Shown: positions 9,189 to 19,882 of the stretch, one piece after another
Layout of the letters: each line of letters starts with the position of its first letter
How positions within the stretch are numbered: position 1 is the first letter of the stretch
DNA from: an uncultured delta proteobacterium
GTDB lineage: Bacteria > Myxococcota > UBA727 > VGSZ01
Length of the DNA stretch: 64,000 bases
Assembly: GCA_963775425.1 (NCBI GenBank)
Contig: CAVZJB010000003.1
Span: 96,001-160,000 of the forward strand
Reading direction: 5' to 3'
Notes under the pieces: model-generated
What the model was told of the DNA's origin: nothing
The model's database searches: none
The model's input: the letters and a program-made list of their open reading frames with translations, nothing else
Position numbers and translations under genes: made by a program

Positions 9189-10493
9189 GTGGCGAGAGCA
9201 ACGCCGGGGCCCAGAATCGGTCCGTTCGTCATCGAGCGCAGGCTCGGGATAGGCGGCATGGCCGAGGTGTTTCTCGCGCGCAAGCCGCTCGGGAGCACGT
9301 TCCGCCGCGTGGTGGTCAAGCGCATGCACACGGACCTCGTCGAGGACGAGCGCTTCGTCGAGATGTTTCTGCGCGAGGCCGGCATCCTCGCGCAGCTCAA
9401 CCACGCCAACGTGGTGCAGATCTACGACCTCGGCACCACCGACGACGGCGCCCCGTACTTCGTCATGGAGTACCTCGACGGCATCAGCCTGCACGACCTC
9501 GCCGTGCGCGCGTGGCGGCTGCGCAAACCGCTGCCGCTGGAGCTCGTGCTGCGGGTGCTCGCGGAGGTCGCGCGCGGCCTCGACTACGTCCACAACAAGC
9601 ACAACGACGACGGCGTGCCGCTGTGCCTGGTGCATCGGGACATCGCGCCCGACAACGTCTTCTTCGTCAAGGACGGCACGGTGAAGCTGCTGGACTTCGG
9701 CGTCGCGCGCGCCGCCACCATGAAGGTGATCACGGCGCGCGGCGAGGTGAAGGGCAAGCTCCCGTTCATGGCGCCCGAGCAGATCGAGGGCAACGTGCTC
9801 GACGGGCGCGCCGACATCTTCTCCCTCGGCGTCAGCGGCATGTGGCTGCTGACGGGCAAGCGGCCGTTCAAGGGTGCAAACGAGCTCAACCTCATCCGGA
9901 CCATCCTCAAGGCCGAGCCGCCGCGGGCGTCGCAGATCAACATCGAGGTGGCGCCGTGGCTCGACGCGCTGCTGGCGCGGATGCTCGAGAAGGATCGCGC
10001 CAACCGCCCCGACGGCGGCGGCGTCGAGAGCGCCATCGTGAAGAACGCGGGCGCCCATCTCGACCGCGCGCGCGACGTGGCGTTCGTCGAGGAGCTCCTC
10101 GCCATGAAGGTGCCGCCGCAGGAGGGGCCGACGCGCTCCATCCCCGCGACGCGCCGCGGCGGCTCCGGCGTGTTCGCGCGGGCGCACCCGGCGGTCGCGC
10201 GCAACCTGCTCGCCACGGCCAAGCTGGTGCCGGTGCGCCTGCACCCGGAGCCGACCACGGTCGAAGACGACGAGGTCGAGGTCCTCGACAGCGGCTTCGA
10301 GATCATCACCGCGGACGACGTCGGCGCCGGCCCCGTGGGCGGCAAGAGCGGCGACGCGACGGACTGGGCGCGTCCGCGTGCGCCGCTGCCGCGCGCGGCG
10401 AACATCGACATGCCCATCGAGGCCGACGACCCGAGCGGCGACACGCAGCGCCTGACGGAGAGCCAGCTCGGCATCCGCAAGGAGCGGATGTGA
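9189..10493 (+). CDS. Hanks-type Ser/Thr protein kinase (cytoplasmic)
   Basis: LGIGGMAEVF, VVVK, HRDIAPDN, DFGVA, GKLPFMAPEQ and DIFSLG. Start uncertain (GTG at 9189). Confidence 0.9.
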   Translation: MARATPGPRIGPFVIERRLGIGGMAEVFLARKPLGSTFRRVVVKRMHTDLVEDERFVEMFLREAGILAQLNHANVVQIYDLGTTDDGAPYFVMEYLDGISLHDLAVRAWRLRKPLPLELVLRVLAEVARGLDYVHNKHNDDGVPLCLVHRDIAPDNVFFVKDGTVKLLDFGVARAATMKVITARGEVKGKLPFMAPEQIEGNVLDGRADIFSLGVSGMWLLTGKRPFKGANELNLIRTILKAEPPRASQINIEVAPWLDALLARMLEKDRANRPDGGGVESAIVKNAGAHLDRARDVAFVEELLAMKVPPQEGPTRSIPATRRGGSGVFARAHPAVARNLLATAKLVPVRLHPEPTTVEDDEVEVLDSGFEIITADDVGAGPVGGKSGDATDWARPRAPLPRAANIDMPIEADDPSGDTQRLTESQLGIRKERM

Positions 10494-10539
10494 CCACCCT
10501 CGCGCTCCCGACGGCGCGCGCCGCGTGGGCGCCCGTGGG

Positions 10540-10896
10540 CTACGCCCCGTGGGGAGCGTAGAAGGCGCCGAGCACCGCTCCGTACACGAGGTGGGCGACG
10601 GTGAGCATGAGCGGCGTCCGCGGCCCGTAGTGCAGCGCGAGGAACCCCGGCGGCTCGAGCCTTTTGGCGGCGGAGGGTCCGTGCAGCTCGCTGGCCATGC
10701 GCGGGTGCACGTGGGCGAGCGTCGGGATGACGACGACGAGCATGACCGCGGCGTGCATGGCCCCGATGAGCGCGCCGATCCACCAGGTGGCGCGGCCGAG
10801 CGGCTCGAAAATGAGGACGTACCCGAGCGAGAACACCATGCCGTTCGCGAAGTGAAACCCGGTGCCGAGCACCGTGGCCCGGTCGCGGTGTGCCAT
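10540..10896 (-). CDS. Conserved hypothetical membrane protein, probably 5'-truncated
   Basis: HFANG, HPRMASE and LEPPGFLALHYG.RTP...AH motifs. From memory, family members carry an extra N-terminal TM helix that is absent here. Confidence 0.55.
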   Translation of the reverse strand: MAHRDRATVLGTGFHFANGMVFSLGYVLIFEPLGRATWWIGALIGAMHAAVMLVVVIPTLAHVHPRMASELHGPSAAKRLEPPGFLALHYGPRTPLMLTVAHLVYGAVLGAFYAPHGA

Positions 10897-10925
10897 GCGC
10901 CCCCGGCGCGAGCGAGGCGGCTCGG

Positions 10926-11399
10926 TTACGCGCGCGACGACTTCGGCGCCACCGTGCGCACCGCGAGCCACCAGGCGAGCGCCGCGTAGGCCGTCACGAG
11001 CGCGACGCGCACCCAGTGCGTGTAGACGAACGCGTGGTACGCGTGCTCGTTCGCGGGCCCGAGCGCCCGCGGGGCGACGTCGACGCTCGCGCCGCCCTCG
11101 GTGAGCCGCCCCTGCCACGGGCCGAAGACGAACGCCGTCAGCGCCCACGTCACCGTCTGCAGCACGAGGCCCGCGCGCAGGAGGCCGGCGGGGTACGTAC
11201 GCGGCCTCGTGACGACGAGGATGGTGGCGAACACCGTGGCGGCCAGCGCCGGCGGAAAGACCGCCGCGGCCACCGCGAGCAGGTGCGTGTTCTGCGCGGG
11301 CCCGAAGTCCGCGGTGGGGATGCCGCTCCACGACGGATACACGTCGAGCTGGAACAGCCACATGGCGGCCATGTTGTAGAAGGCGACCGCGAGGTTCAT
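10926..11399 (-). CDS. Hypothetical membrane protein
   Basis: Four hydrophobic segments and a C-terminal HW.R motif, with good GC3 bias. Confidence 0.6.
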   Translation of the reverse strand: MNLAVAFYNMAAMWLFQLDVYPSWSGIPTADFGPAQNTHLLAVAAAVFPPALAATVFATILVVTRPRTYPAGLLRAGLVLQTVTWALTAFVFGPWQGRLTEGGASVDVAPRALGPANEHAYHAFVYTHWVRVALVTAYAALAWWLAVRTVAPKSSRA

Positions 11400-11689
11400 C
11401 AGAGATCACTCGACGCGGGTTCATCGGACACGCTCTCCTCGCCCCCTCGAGGTCCTTGGTCGGCGTAGCGAAGCAGCGGCGGCCGCGCGTCGTGGCGCGG
11501 CTCTTGCGTCACGGCACGACGCTTGGTGAGCGAGGGGAACACCGCCGTGCGTGCGCACCACCAGACGCCGTCCGTTCGCGCCGCGTGGCGCGCGCTCGCC
11601 GACGGCGATCCGTTCACCGTGTCGTCGACGGCCTGGCGCCGCGGAAGCGCATCGCCGTCATGGGCGGCTCGCGCGGAGGGGCCGCCGGG

Positions 11690-13252
11690 TCACGGCGGGG
11701 TGGCAACGGCCTCCGGCTTCGCCTTGTTCGGGATGAACGTCATCGCGCGCTCCGCGAGCGCCGAGATGGTGAGCGCGGGGTTCACGCCCGGGTTCGCCGA
11801 CACGGCGCTGCCGTCGATGACGTAGAGGCCGTCGTAGCCGAAGACCCGGTGGCGGTGGTCGATGACGCCGCGCTCCGCGGAGTCCCCCATGCAAGCGCCG
11901 CCGAGGATGTGCGCGGTGGTCGGGATGCCGAGCAGGGTCTCGGTGAGCATGCTCTGCGGGTAGCCGTGGAGCTTGTCGGCGACGCGCTCGGCGAGCTCGG
12001 TGGCCTCGGGGATGGACGCGGTGGGGCGCGAGCCGGCCGCCGCCTCCGTCGTCAGGCCGCGCCACCCGAGCTTCAAGCGCATGTGTCCTTCGACGGTGCG
12101 CATGTACAGGAGGATCATCGTCGACCGGGCCCAGTCGGGCACGAGCCACGCCTTGGCGGTCTTCACCGGGTGGCGCGCGACCATCCCCGCGGCGTGCGCG
12201 AGCCGCTCGCCGAGCGTGGCGCCGGGCGCGTGCGGCAACGCCAGCGTGCGAAAGAAGCCGGCGCCCGACGGGTAGCGCACGGGCTCGAGGTGCGAGTGCT
12301 CGTCGGTGTGAAGGATGGAGCCGATGGCGATGCCCTTCGACAGGTCCACGTCGCGACGCTCGGACACGATCCCCATGAGCACCTCGGAGTTGGTGCGCAC
12401 GAAGTCGCCGACGGCGTCGGACAGGCGCGGCAGGCCCTGGTCGCTCTTCTTCAAGCGCAACAGCAGCTCGACGCTGCCGAGGACACCGCCGGCGAAGATG
12501 ACGTTCGCGGCGCGCTCGTGGCGCTTCTTGCCGTCCCGCAGGGCCTCGACCTCGTAGCCGCCGCCGTCGGCGGGGCGCACCCAGGTGACCTCGGTGTCGG
12601 CCTCGATGACGAGGCCGCGCTTCTCGGCGAGGTAGAGGTAGTTCTTGTCGAGCGTGTTCTTGGCGTTGAAGCGGCAGCCGAGCATGCAGCCGCCGCACGC
12701 GCAGCAGCCGGTCCGCGTGGGGCCCTCGCCGCCGAGGTACGGATCCTTCACCGTGACGCCGGGCTCGCCGAAGTACACGGCCACGTCCGCGCGCTGAAAG
12801 CCGTCGGCGCGGCCGATGTCGGCGCCGACCTGGGCGAGCACGTCGTCGACGACGGTGAGGTGCGGGTTCCGCGCCGCGCCGAGCATCTTTCGCGCGGTGG
12901 CGTAGTGCGGGAGCAGCTCGCCCTTCCACGAGGCCAAATCGCTCCACGACGGCGCCGCGAAGAAGTCGTCCTTCGGCACCGGCAGCGTGTTCGCGTACAC
13001 CAGCGATCCGCCGCCGACGCCGACGCCGGACAGCGCGGTGACGTCCTTCAGGAACGTCATCTTGAACAGCCCGCGGAAGCCGAGCTCGGGGCGCCACAGC
13101 CAGCGCTTCAGATCCCAGTTGGTCTTCGGGAAGTCGGCGGCCCCGAGGCGGCGCCCCTTTTCGAGCATCAGGACCCGGTAGCCCTTCTCGACGAGGCGCA
13201 GCGCGCTGACGCTGCCGCCGAACCCGGAGCCGATGATGAGGAAGTCCCACAT
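11690..13252 (-). CDS. GMC family oxidoreductase, cholesterol-oxidase-like (ChoD type)
   Basis: IIGSGFGGSVSALRL FAD motif, GVGGGSLVYAN, C..CG.CM.GC, AKNTLDKNYL, TAHILGG and NPGVNPALTI. Confidence 0.85.
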   Translation of the reverse strand: MWDFLIIGSGFGGSVSALRLVEKGYRVLMLEKGRRLGAADFPKTNWDLKRWLWRPELGFRGLFKMTFLKDVTALSGVGVGGGSLVYANTLPVPKDDFFAAPSWSDLASWKGELLPHYATARKMLGAARNPHLTVVDDVLAQVGADIGRADGFQRADVAVYFGEPGVTVKDPYLGGEGPTRTGCCACGGCMLGCRFNAKNTLDKNYLYLAEKRGLVIEADTEVTWVRPADGGGYEVEALRDGKKRHERAANVIFAGGVLGSVELLLRLKKSDQGLPRLSDAVGDFVRTNSEVLMGIVSERRDVDLSKGIAIGSILHTDEHSHLEPVRYPSGAGFFRTLALPHAPGATLGERLAHAAGMVARHPVKTAKAWLVPDWARSTMILLYMRTVEGHMRLKLGWRGLTTEAAAGSRPTASIPEATELAERVADKLHGYPQSMLTETLLGIPTTAHILGGACMGDSAERGVIDHRHRVFGYDGLYVIDGSAVSANPGVNPALTISALAERAMTFIPNKAKPEAVATPP

Positions 13253-13306
13253 GGCGCGGCAGTGTAATGCCGGCCGCCCTTCGGCATGGCATATCTCGGG
13301 CGAGCC

Positions 13307-14890
13307 ATGAAAAGACCGGCCACACCCTTCGCGCAGCCCGCGAGCCTCGCCGCTCTCCTCGTCGCGGCGCTCCTCGCCGCGCCGGCGACCGCGCGGCCGT
13401 GCACCACCATGGCGATGCTCGAGCTCGAGCGCCGCGGCCTCCCGCTCGCCGACATCGCCGGCACCGCCCGCCCCGACGACGCCGACATCGCGGGCACGGT
13501 GGAGAGCGCCAACCACCCGCTCGTCGTCCACTACGGCACCGGCGTCGACGTCAGCCGCGCCCGACAGGCCCTCGGCATCTTCGACGACGCGTGGGACCAG
13601 CAGGTGACGGCCGCGGGCTTTCCCGCGCCGCTCCCCGACGGCAACGAGGGCGGCGACGAGCGCTTCGACGTCTACCTGGTGCCGCTCGTGCCCGGCACCG
13701 GCGGCTTCACCGTGGCCGAGGCCGACGCCGACCGCACCGACGGCAAGCACGCGTCGCCGGCGTTCACCGAGATCGATCCGTCGCTCCCCGACGACCTCCT
13801 CGAGGTCTACTCGCACCACGAATTCCAGCACGCGCTGCAGTTCGCCATCGACACGCTCGAGCCGGTCATGTGGTACGAGTCCACCGCCGTCTTCTGGGAG
13901 GTGCGCACGCGCCCCGACGTCGACGATTGGCAGCTCGCGCTGCCCGACTTCCAGGGCCAGCCGCAGCTCCCCCTCTTCGCCGACAGCGCGAGCATCGTCC
14001 TCGTCGCCACGGCGCCGGCCGCGCGCTACGAGTACGGCGCCGTGTTGTGGCCGCTGTACCTCGACGAGGTCCTCGGCGACGGGCAGGGCACGCTCCTGCG
14101 CACCATCTGGGAGGGCACGCCCGAGCCCGACACCGTCGGCAACGACGAGCCCGACTTCATCGACGCCACCCTCGCCGCCGGCGTAGACCTGCCCGCCGCC
14201 GTCGCCGACTTCGCCGGCTGGCGCGCGCTCGTCGGCCCGCTGTCGCGCGGCGACGACGGACCCCTCGAGGCCATCCCCGGCGACAGCCGCCTCGTCGCCA
14301 AGGCGCTCAACGCCGCCACCCTGGACGGCACCGTCGTCACCACCGGCGAGGCCGACAGCCCGCTCGCGCTCGGGTGTGCGCTGCGCGAGGTGACCGCGCC
14401 GCCCGACGTCGACTTCATGCCCGTGGAGATCCAGGTCGACGCGACGCTCGCCGACCAGCAGATCACGCTGTCGACGTTGCTGTTCGACGACGGCGCCGAC
14501 ACGCTCGCGCGCACGCAGACGGCGCCGGCGGCGTCGCAGCACGCGTCTGTGTCGGTGCCGGCGAACGCGCTCCTGCAGCTCGCCGTCTGCGACGTCAGCG
14601 CCGCCGATCCCGAGGACGAGCTCGCCCTGCGGCCGGTGAAGATCTCGGTGCTGCGCACCGACATCGACTTCCCGGACGCGGGCCCGGACGTCGTCGACGC
14701 GGGCGTCGCGGACGCCGGCTCGCCGCCGCCGCCGCCGCCCGACGGCACGTGCAACTGCCAGAGCGCCGGCGACCCGCGGAACATGCGCGGCGCCATCGCC
14801 GTGCTCGGCATGATCGGCGGCCTCGTCGGCTTGTTCGTCCGTGGGGCCCGCGCCCGTCGCCGCAAGCGCATGTTCGACAAGCGACCCTGA
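13307..14890 (+). CDS. Secreted zinc metalloprotease-like protein (MXAN_6640-like) with MYXO-CTERM-like tail
   Basis: Signal peptide, HEFQH zincin motif, W.E.TA.F.E, and a C-terminal CNC + TM + Arg-rich tail. Confidence 0.7.
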   Translation: MKRPATPFAQPASLAALLVAALLAAPATARPCTTMAMLELERRGLPLADIAGTARPDDADIAGTVESANHPLVVHYGTGVDVSRARQALGIFDDAWDQQVTAAGFPAPLPDGNEGGDERFDVYLVPLVPGTGGFTVAEADADRTDGKHASPAFTEIDPSLPDDLLEVYSHHEFQHALQFAIDTLEPVMWYESTAVFWEVRTRPDVDDWQLALPDFQGQPQLPLFADSASIVLVATAPAARYEYGAVLWPLYLDEVLGDGQGTLLRTIWEGTPEPDTVGNDEPDFIDATLAAGVDLPAAVADFAGWRALVGPLSRGDDGPLEAIPGDSRLVAKALNAATLDGTVVTTGEADSPLALGCALREVTAPPDVDFMPVEIQVDATLADQQITLSTLLFDDGADTLARTQTAPAASQHASVSVPANALLQLAVCDVSAADPEDELALRPVKISVLRTDIDFPDAGPDVVDAGVADAGSPPPPPPDGTCNCQSAGDPRNMRGAIAVLGMIGGLVGLFVRGARARRRKRMFDKRP

Positions 14891-14899
14891 CCCGTGTCG

Positions 14900-15655
14900 T
14901 CAACCCGCGGGGGGAGGGCTGGAAGCGGCGCGCGCGTCGCCCGCGCCTCGCCGGGGCACGCGCGTGGACGCGAGCGTGACGGCCCTGACGAAGGCGCGCG
15001 CGGCGGCGCGCCGGCCCGCGGCGTTGAGGTGCGCGCCGTCCGTGGTGTAGCCGGGCCAGAGCATGGGGACCATGCGCCCGTCGACGAGGAACAGCTCGCG
15101 GCTGCCGTCGGGTCGGGTGCTCTCCACGCGCGACAGGTCGAAGAACGGATCGCGCGGGAACGCGCGCAGGAGGCCCTCGGCGAGCTCGAGGCGGCGCCGG
15201 TTGGCCGCGTCCTCGGGCACGAGCCGCCCGACGGCGCGGGCGACGCGCGCGCGCAGATCGTTCGGTCGCGCGCGCAGCGGCGGCGTCGTGTGGACGACGA
15301 CGATGCCGGGGCGCGCGAGGCGCAGGCGCGTCACCGTGCGGACGTACGTCGCGACGAGCGCGTCGACGTTCGTCTCGGGGCGGAGGTCGGCGAAGCCGAG
15401 CTTCATGAGGGCGATGTCGCTGTCGGCGTCGAGGACACGCTCCTCGAAGCCCGCGATCTTCCCGAGGGGATCGCCGCTTCTGCCCACGGGAGCGGCGCCG
15501 ACGTGGAGCGCGCCGCCGCGGGCGCGCGCGCGCAGGAGGTCCGTGAGCCCGGTGAGGATGTCGCGCCCGACGGCGTGGTGACCGAAGAAGATGCGCAGGC
15601 CGCGCAGGCTGTCGACGTCGCGTGCGAAGGGATCGGCGGTCGCGTGTGGTGTCAT
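14900..15655 (-). CDS. SGNH/GDSL-like hypothetical hydrolase
   Basis: IFFGHHAVG and C-terminal YTTDGAHLN..GR motifs. Confidence 0.55.
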   Translation of the reverse strand: MTPHATADPFARDVDSLRGLRIFFGHHAVGRDILTGLTDLLRARARGGALHVGAAPVGRSGDPLGKIAGFEERVLDADSDIALMKLGFADLRPETNVDALVATYVRTVTRLRLARPGIVVVHTTPPLRARPNDLRARVARAVGRLVPEDAANRRRLELAEGLLRAFPRDPFFDLSRVESTRPDGSRELFLVDGRMVPMLWPGYTTDGAHLNAAGRRAAARAFVRAVTLASTRVPRRGAGDARAASSPPPAG

Positions 15656-15754
15656 GTTTCCCCCGTGTGACTGCGCGTCCCCGGGGCACCTAGCGACTGC
15701 GCGGCGCGCCCGTGGATCACCCGCGCGTTCGTCGTCTTCACGCACGGGGCGCGG

Positions 15755-17839
15755 TCACTCGACGCCGGCGGCGGGATCGCGCGCGGGCGCCGCCAGGCAC
15801 GCGGCGGCGTCGGCGGCGAACGGGAACAGGCCGAGGGCTTCGCCGGCGGCGCGTGCGGCGCCGGCGAGGAGCCCGGGGCCGACGACGACGTCGACGGGAT
15901 CGACGAGGTTTCCGTGGCAGGGGATCCACGGGCGCCGGTCGAACGTGTCCTCGTCGCGCCGCCACGACGCGAGCGTGTGCGCCTCGTAGAGGTAGCCGTA
16001 GGGGTACGCGGTGACGCGCGCCTCGCGCGGCCGCCACGCCGCCACCCGCGCGAGCGGCACGCGATACGCCCGCTCGCGCGTGCGCACGATCGCGAGGGCC
16101 TGCGCCCGCGCCGCCCGCGCCTCGTCAAAGCGGCCGTCGACGAGCGCCCGGACGTGCCGCGCGCGCAGCGCGGTGACGGCGAGGGCGTCGGCGAGCTCGG
16201 TGACCAGCGGGGCGGCGCGCGGGGAGAGCCCCGGGCCCGCAGCCAACGACCGCGCGGCGAGGGTGCGGTCCATGTCGGCCAGGAGCGCGCGAACGCCGTC
16301 GTCGACGGGCGGGCGGCGCGCCTGCGTGCCGAGGAGCGCGCCGAAAGGGTTTTGCCCCGAGAGCCACGCGATGCCGTTTCGCTCGACCAGCAGGCGGTGC
16401 TCGTCGCGGGCGACGGCGGCGACCGCCTGCGCCGTATCTCGCGGCAGGAACCACAGGGCGTCCTCGAGGTCGCGCGGGCGGCTCCACGCGGCGCGCGCGG
16501 CGACCACGTCGTTCAGCCAGTAGCCCCACTCCCAGCCGGAGGAAAACAGGCTCTGCCCGTCGAGGACACCCGGGCCGAGGTCGCCCTCGATGAGGTCGAG
16601 ATCGTGCAGGCGCGCCTGTGCGTACACGGGCAGGAACAGCGGAACGTCGACGTCGACGTCCACCCAGTACGCGCTCTCCGGGTACCACACGACCTCGCGC
16701 GAGCCGCCGGCAGTCTCGTCGACGAAGCGGCGCATCGCGTGGAAGTCGCGGTTTCCGTAGACCGGCGCCGCGTCGTCGAGCGCGTACATCTGCACGGTGT
16801 GCGGCTCCACACCGAGGCGCCGGTCGGCGTGCGCCGCGAGGAAGTTGAAGTCGAGGGGCTCCCCCGTGTGGCGATCGAGGAACGGCGCCGCGCTCTGGCC
16901 CGCCGAGCAATGCACCTTGATGCGCGCCCGCTTCCCCGCCGCCGCCGCGTGCGCCGCGACCTCGTCCATCCACGCGAGCATCCGCTCCGCCGACGGGTGC
17001 GTGAGCTCCGTGTCGCCGCTCTCGGTGGAGATGAAGTCGAAGCCGAGCGTGAACAAGACGTCGAGCCGGTCGTCGATGTCGGCGCGCTGCTCGTCGAGCG
17101 AAGCCGCCGCGCGCGTCATCAAGCGCCAGCCGTGCTGTTGGGTCAACGCGATGGGCGCGTCGACGCCGACGTCGACGCCGAACGCGTGTGCGCGCGCCAC
17201 CAGGGAGCGCAGGCGCGCGGCCCGCGCCGCCGACAGCCCGCCGTCGCCGGCGACGTCGAGGAGGACCCACTCGACCTCGTTTTGGCGGTTGGCCACGAGC
17301 CACACGAGGAACGCGTCCCACTCCGGGAGCATCGCGGCCCAGGAGGCGTCGTCGCCGGCGCCCTCGAGCAGGTCGGTGAGCTCGATGGGGTGCATGGTGT
17401 GCAGGTGGACGTTGCGCACGCGGAGCCGCGGCCGCTCGACGTCGTCGATCACGGGGAGGGGGCCGCGCGTTTCCGGAGCGGTGGGGGCCAGCGGGTGCAG
17501 GAAGCGGAAGCCGAGCGCTTCGAGGAGCGCGTACGCGGCGTACGCCTTGCCGCGCGGCCCTCGACCGTCGGCGGCGACCGCGCGCGCGCCGTCGACGACG
17601 CCGCTGCGCACGATGAACCCGTCGTCGGGCAGCGCGTCGACCTCGGCGCGCGAGATGAGCGCGCGCACCACCGGGACGTCGCCCACGCCCGCGCTGCCGT
17701 CGAGCGCGACGGCGCGCATGCGGGCGGCGACGTCGTCGCGCACGGCCGGCGGCAGGCCGGGGCCGGCCTCGAAGCCGCCGACGGCGGGGGCGGCCGCGGC
17801 GAGCAGACCGGCGACGACAACGACGAGCACGGGCGGCAC
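15755..17839 (-). CDS. Secreted hypothetical protein, possible glycoside-hydrolase-like TIM barrel
   Basis: Signal peptide and a GH20b-like G.AYAAYALLE.LGFRF segment, followed by R..HLHTMHPIEL. Start inferred at GTG 17839. Confidence 0.55.
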   Translation of the reverse strand: MPPVLVVVVAGLLAAAAPAVGGFEAGPGLPPAVRDDVAARMRAVALDGSAGVGDVPVVRALISRAEVDALPDDGFIVRSGVVDGARAVAADGRGPRGKAYAAYALLEALGFRFLHPLAPTAPETRGPLPVIDDVERPRLRVRNVHLHTMHPIELTDLLEGAGDDASWAAMLPEWDAFLVWLVANRQNEVEWVLLDVAGDGGLSAARAARLRSLVARAHAFGVDVGVDAPIALTQQHGWRLMTRAAASLDEQRADIDDRLDVLFTLGFDFISTESGDTELTHPSAERMLAWMDEVAAHAAAAGKRARIKVHCSAGQSAAPFLDRHTGEPLDFNFLAAHADRRLGVEPHTVQMYALDDAAPVYGNRDFHAMRRFVDETAGGSREVVWYPESAYWVDVDVDVPLFLPVYAQARLHDLDLIEGDLGPGVLDGQSLFSSGWEWGYWLNDVVAARAAWSRPRDLEDALWFLPRDTAQAVAAVARDEHRLLVERNGIAWLSGQNPFGALLGTQARRPPVDDGVRALLADMDRTLAARSLAAGPGLSPRAAPLVTELADALAVTALRARHVRALVDGRFDEARAARAQALAIVRTRERAYRVPLARVAAWRPREARVTAYPYGYLYEAHTLASWRRDEDTFDRRPWIPCHGNLVDPVDVVVGPGLLAGAARAAGEALGLFPFAADAAACLAAPARDPAAGVE

Positions 17840-17909
17840 GCTACCGAATCCACCGCGCGCGATCCGCGCCCCCGGGGTGTCGCCGCGATCGTAAGCTCTC
17901 CCTTTGCAT

Positions 17910-18095
17910 CCGAGCCCCGGTGCGGACCCCGTTTGACACCGGGGCCCGGCGTGCGACACCGCGGGCGGGACCCCGCATGCTGCGAGGCCCCAGCCGTTCC
18001 CTTGCGAGGTCGGCGCGCCCGGTTTTCGGGTGCCTCGCGCGAGTCTTTGCCCGCATGGCCAGGCTCGTATTCCCGTCGGTCGAAAGCGAAACGTC
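17910..18095 (+). promoter_or_regulatory. Structured rpsA 5' leader
   Basis: Several hairpins (GCCCCGGTG...CACCGGGGC; GCGAGG...CCTCGC) and no canonical SD before the rpsA ATG. Confidence 0.4.
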
Positions 18096-19793
<1,698 letters not shown>

Positions 19794-19832
19794 CGTCGCT
19801 CGAAGGAGAGCGCGCCACCGTGGCGCGCGCGT

Positions 19833-19866
19833 GACGAGGCCGCCCGCGAGGGCGGCCTCGTCGTTT
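19833..19866 (+). terminator. Probable intrinsic terminator of rpsA
   Basis: GACGAGGCCGCCC-GCGA-GGGCGGCCTCGTC, a 13-bp stem with a GNRA loop, followed by GTTT. Confidence 0.6.
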
Positions 19867-19882
19867 CGGGTACGCTCGCGTC

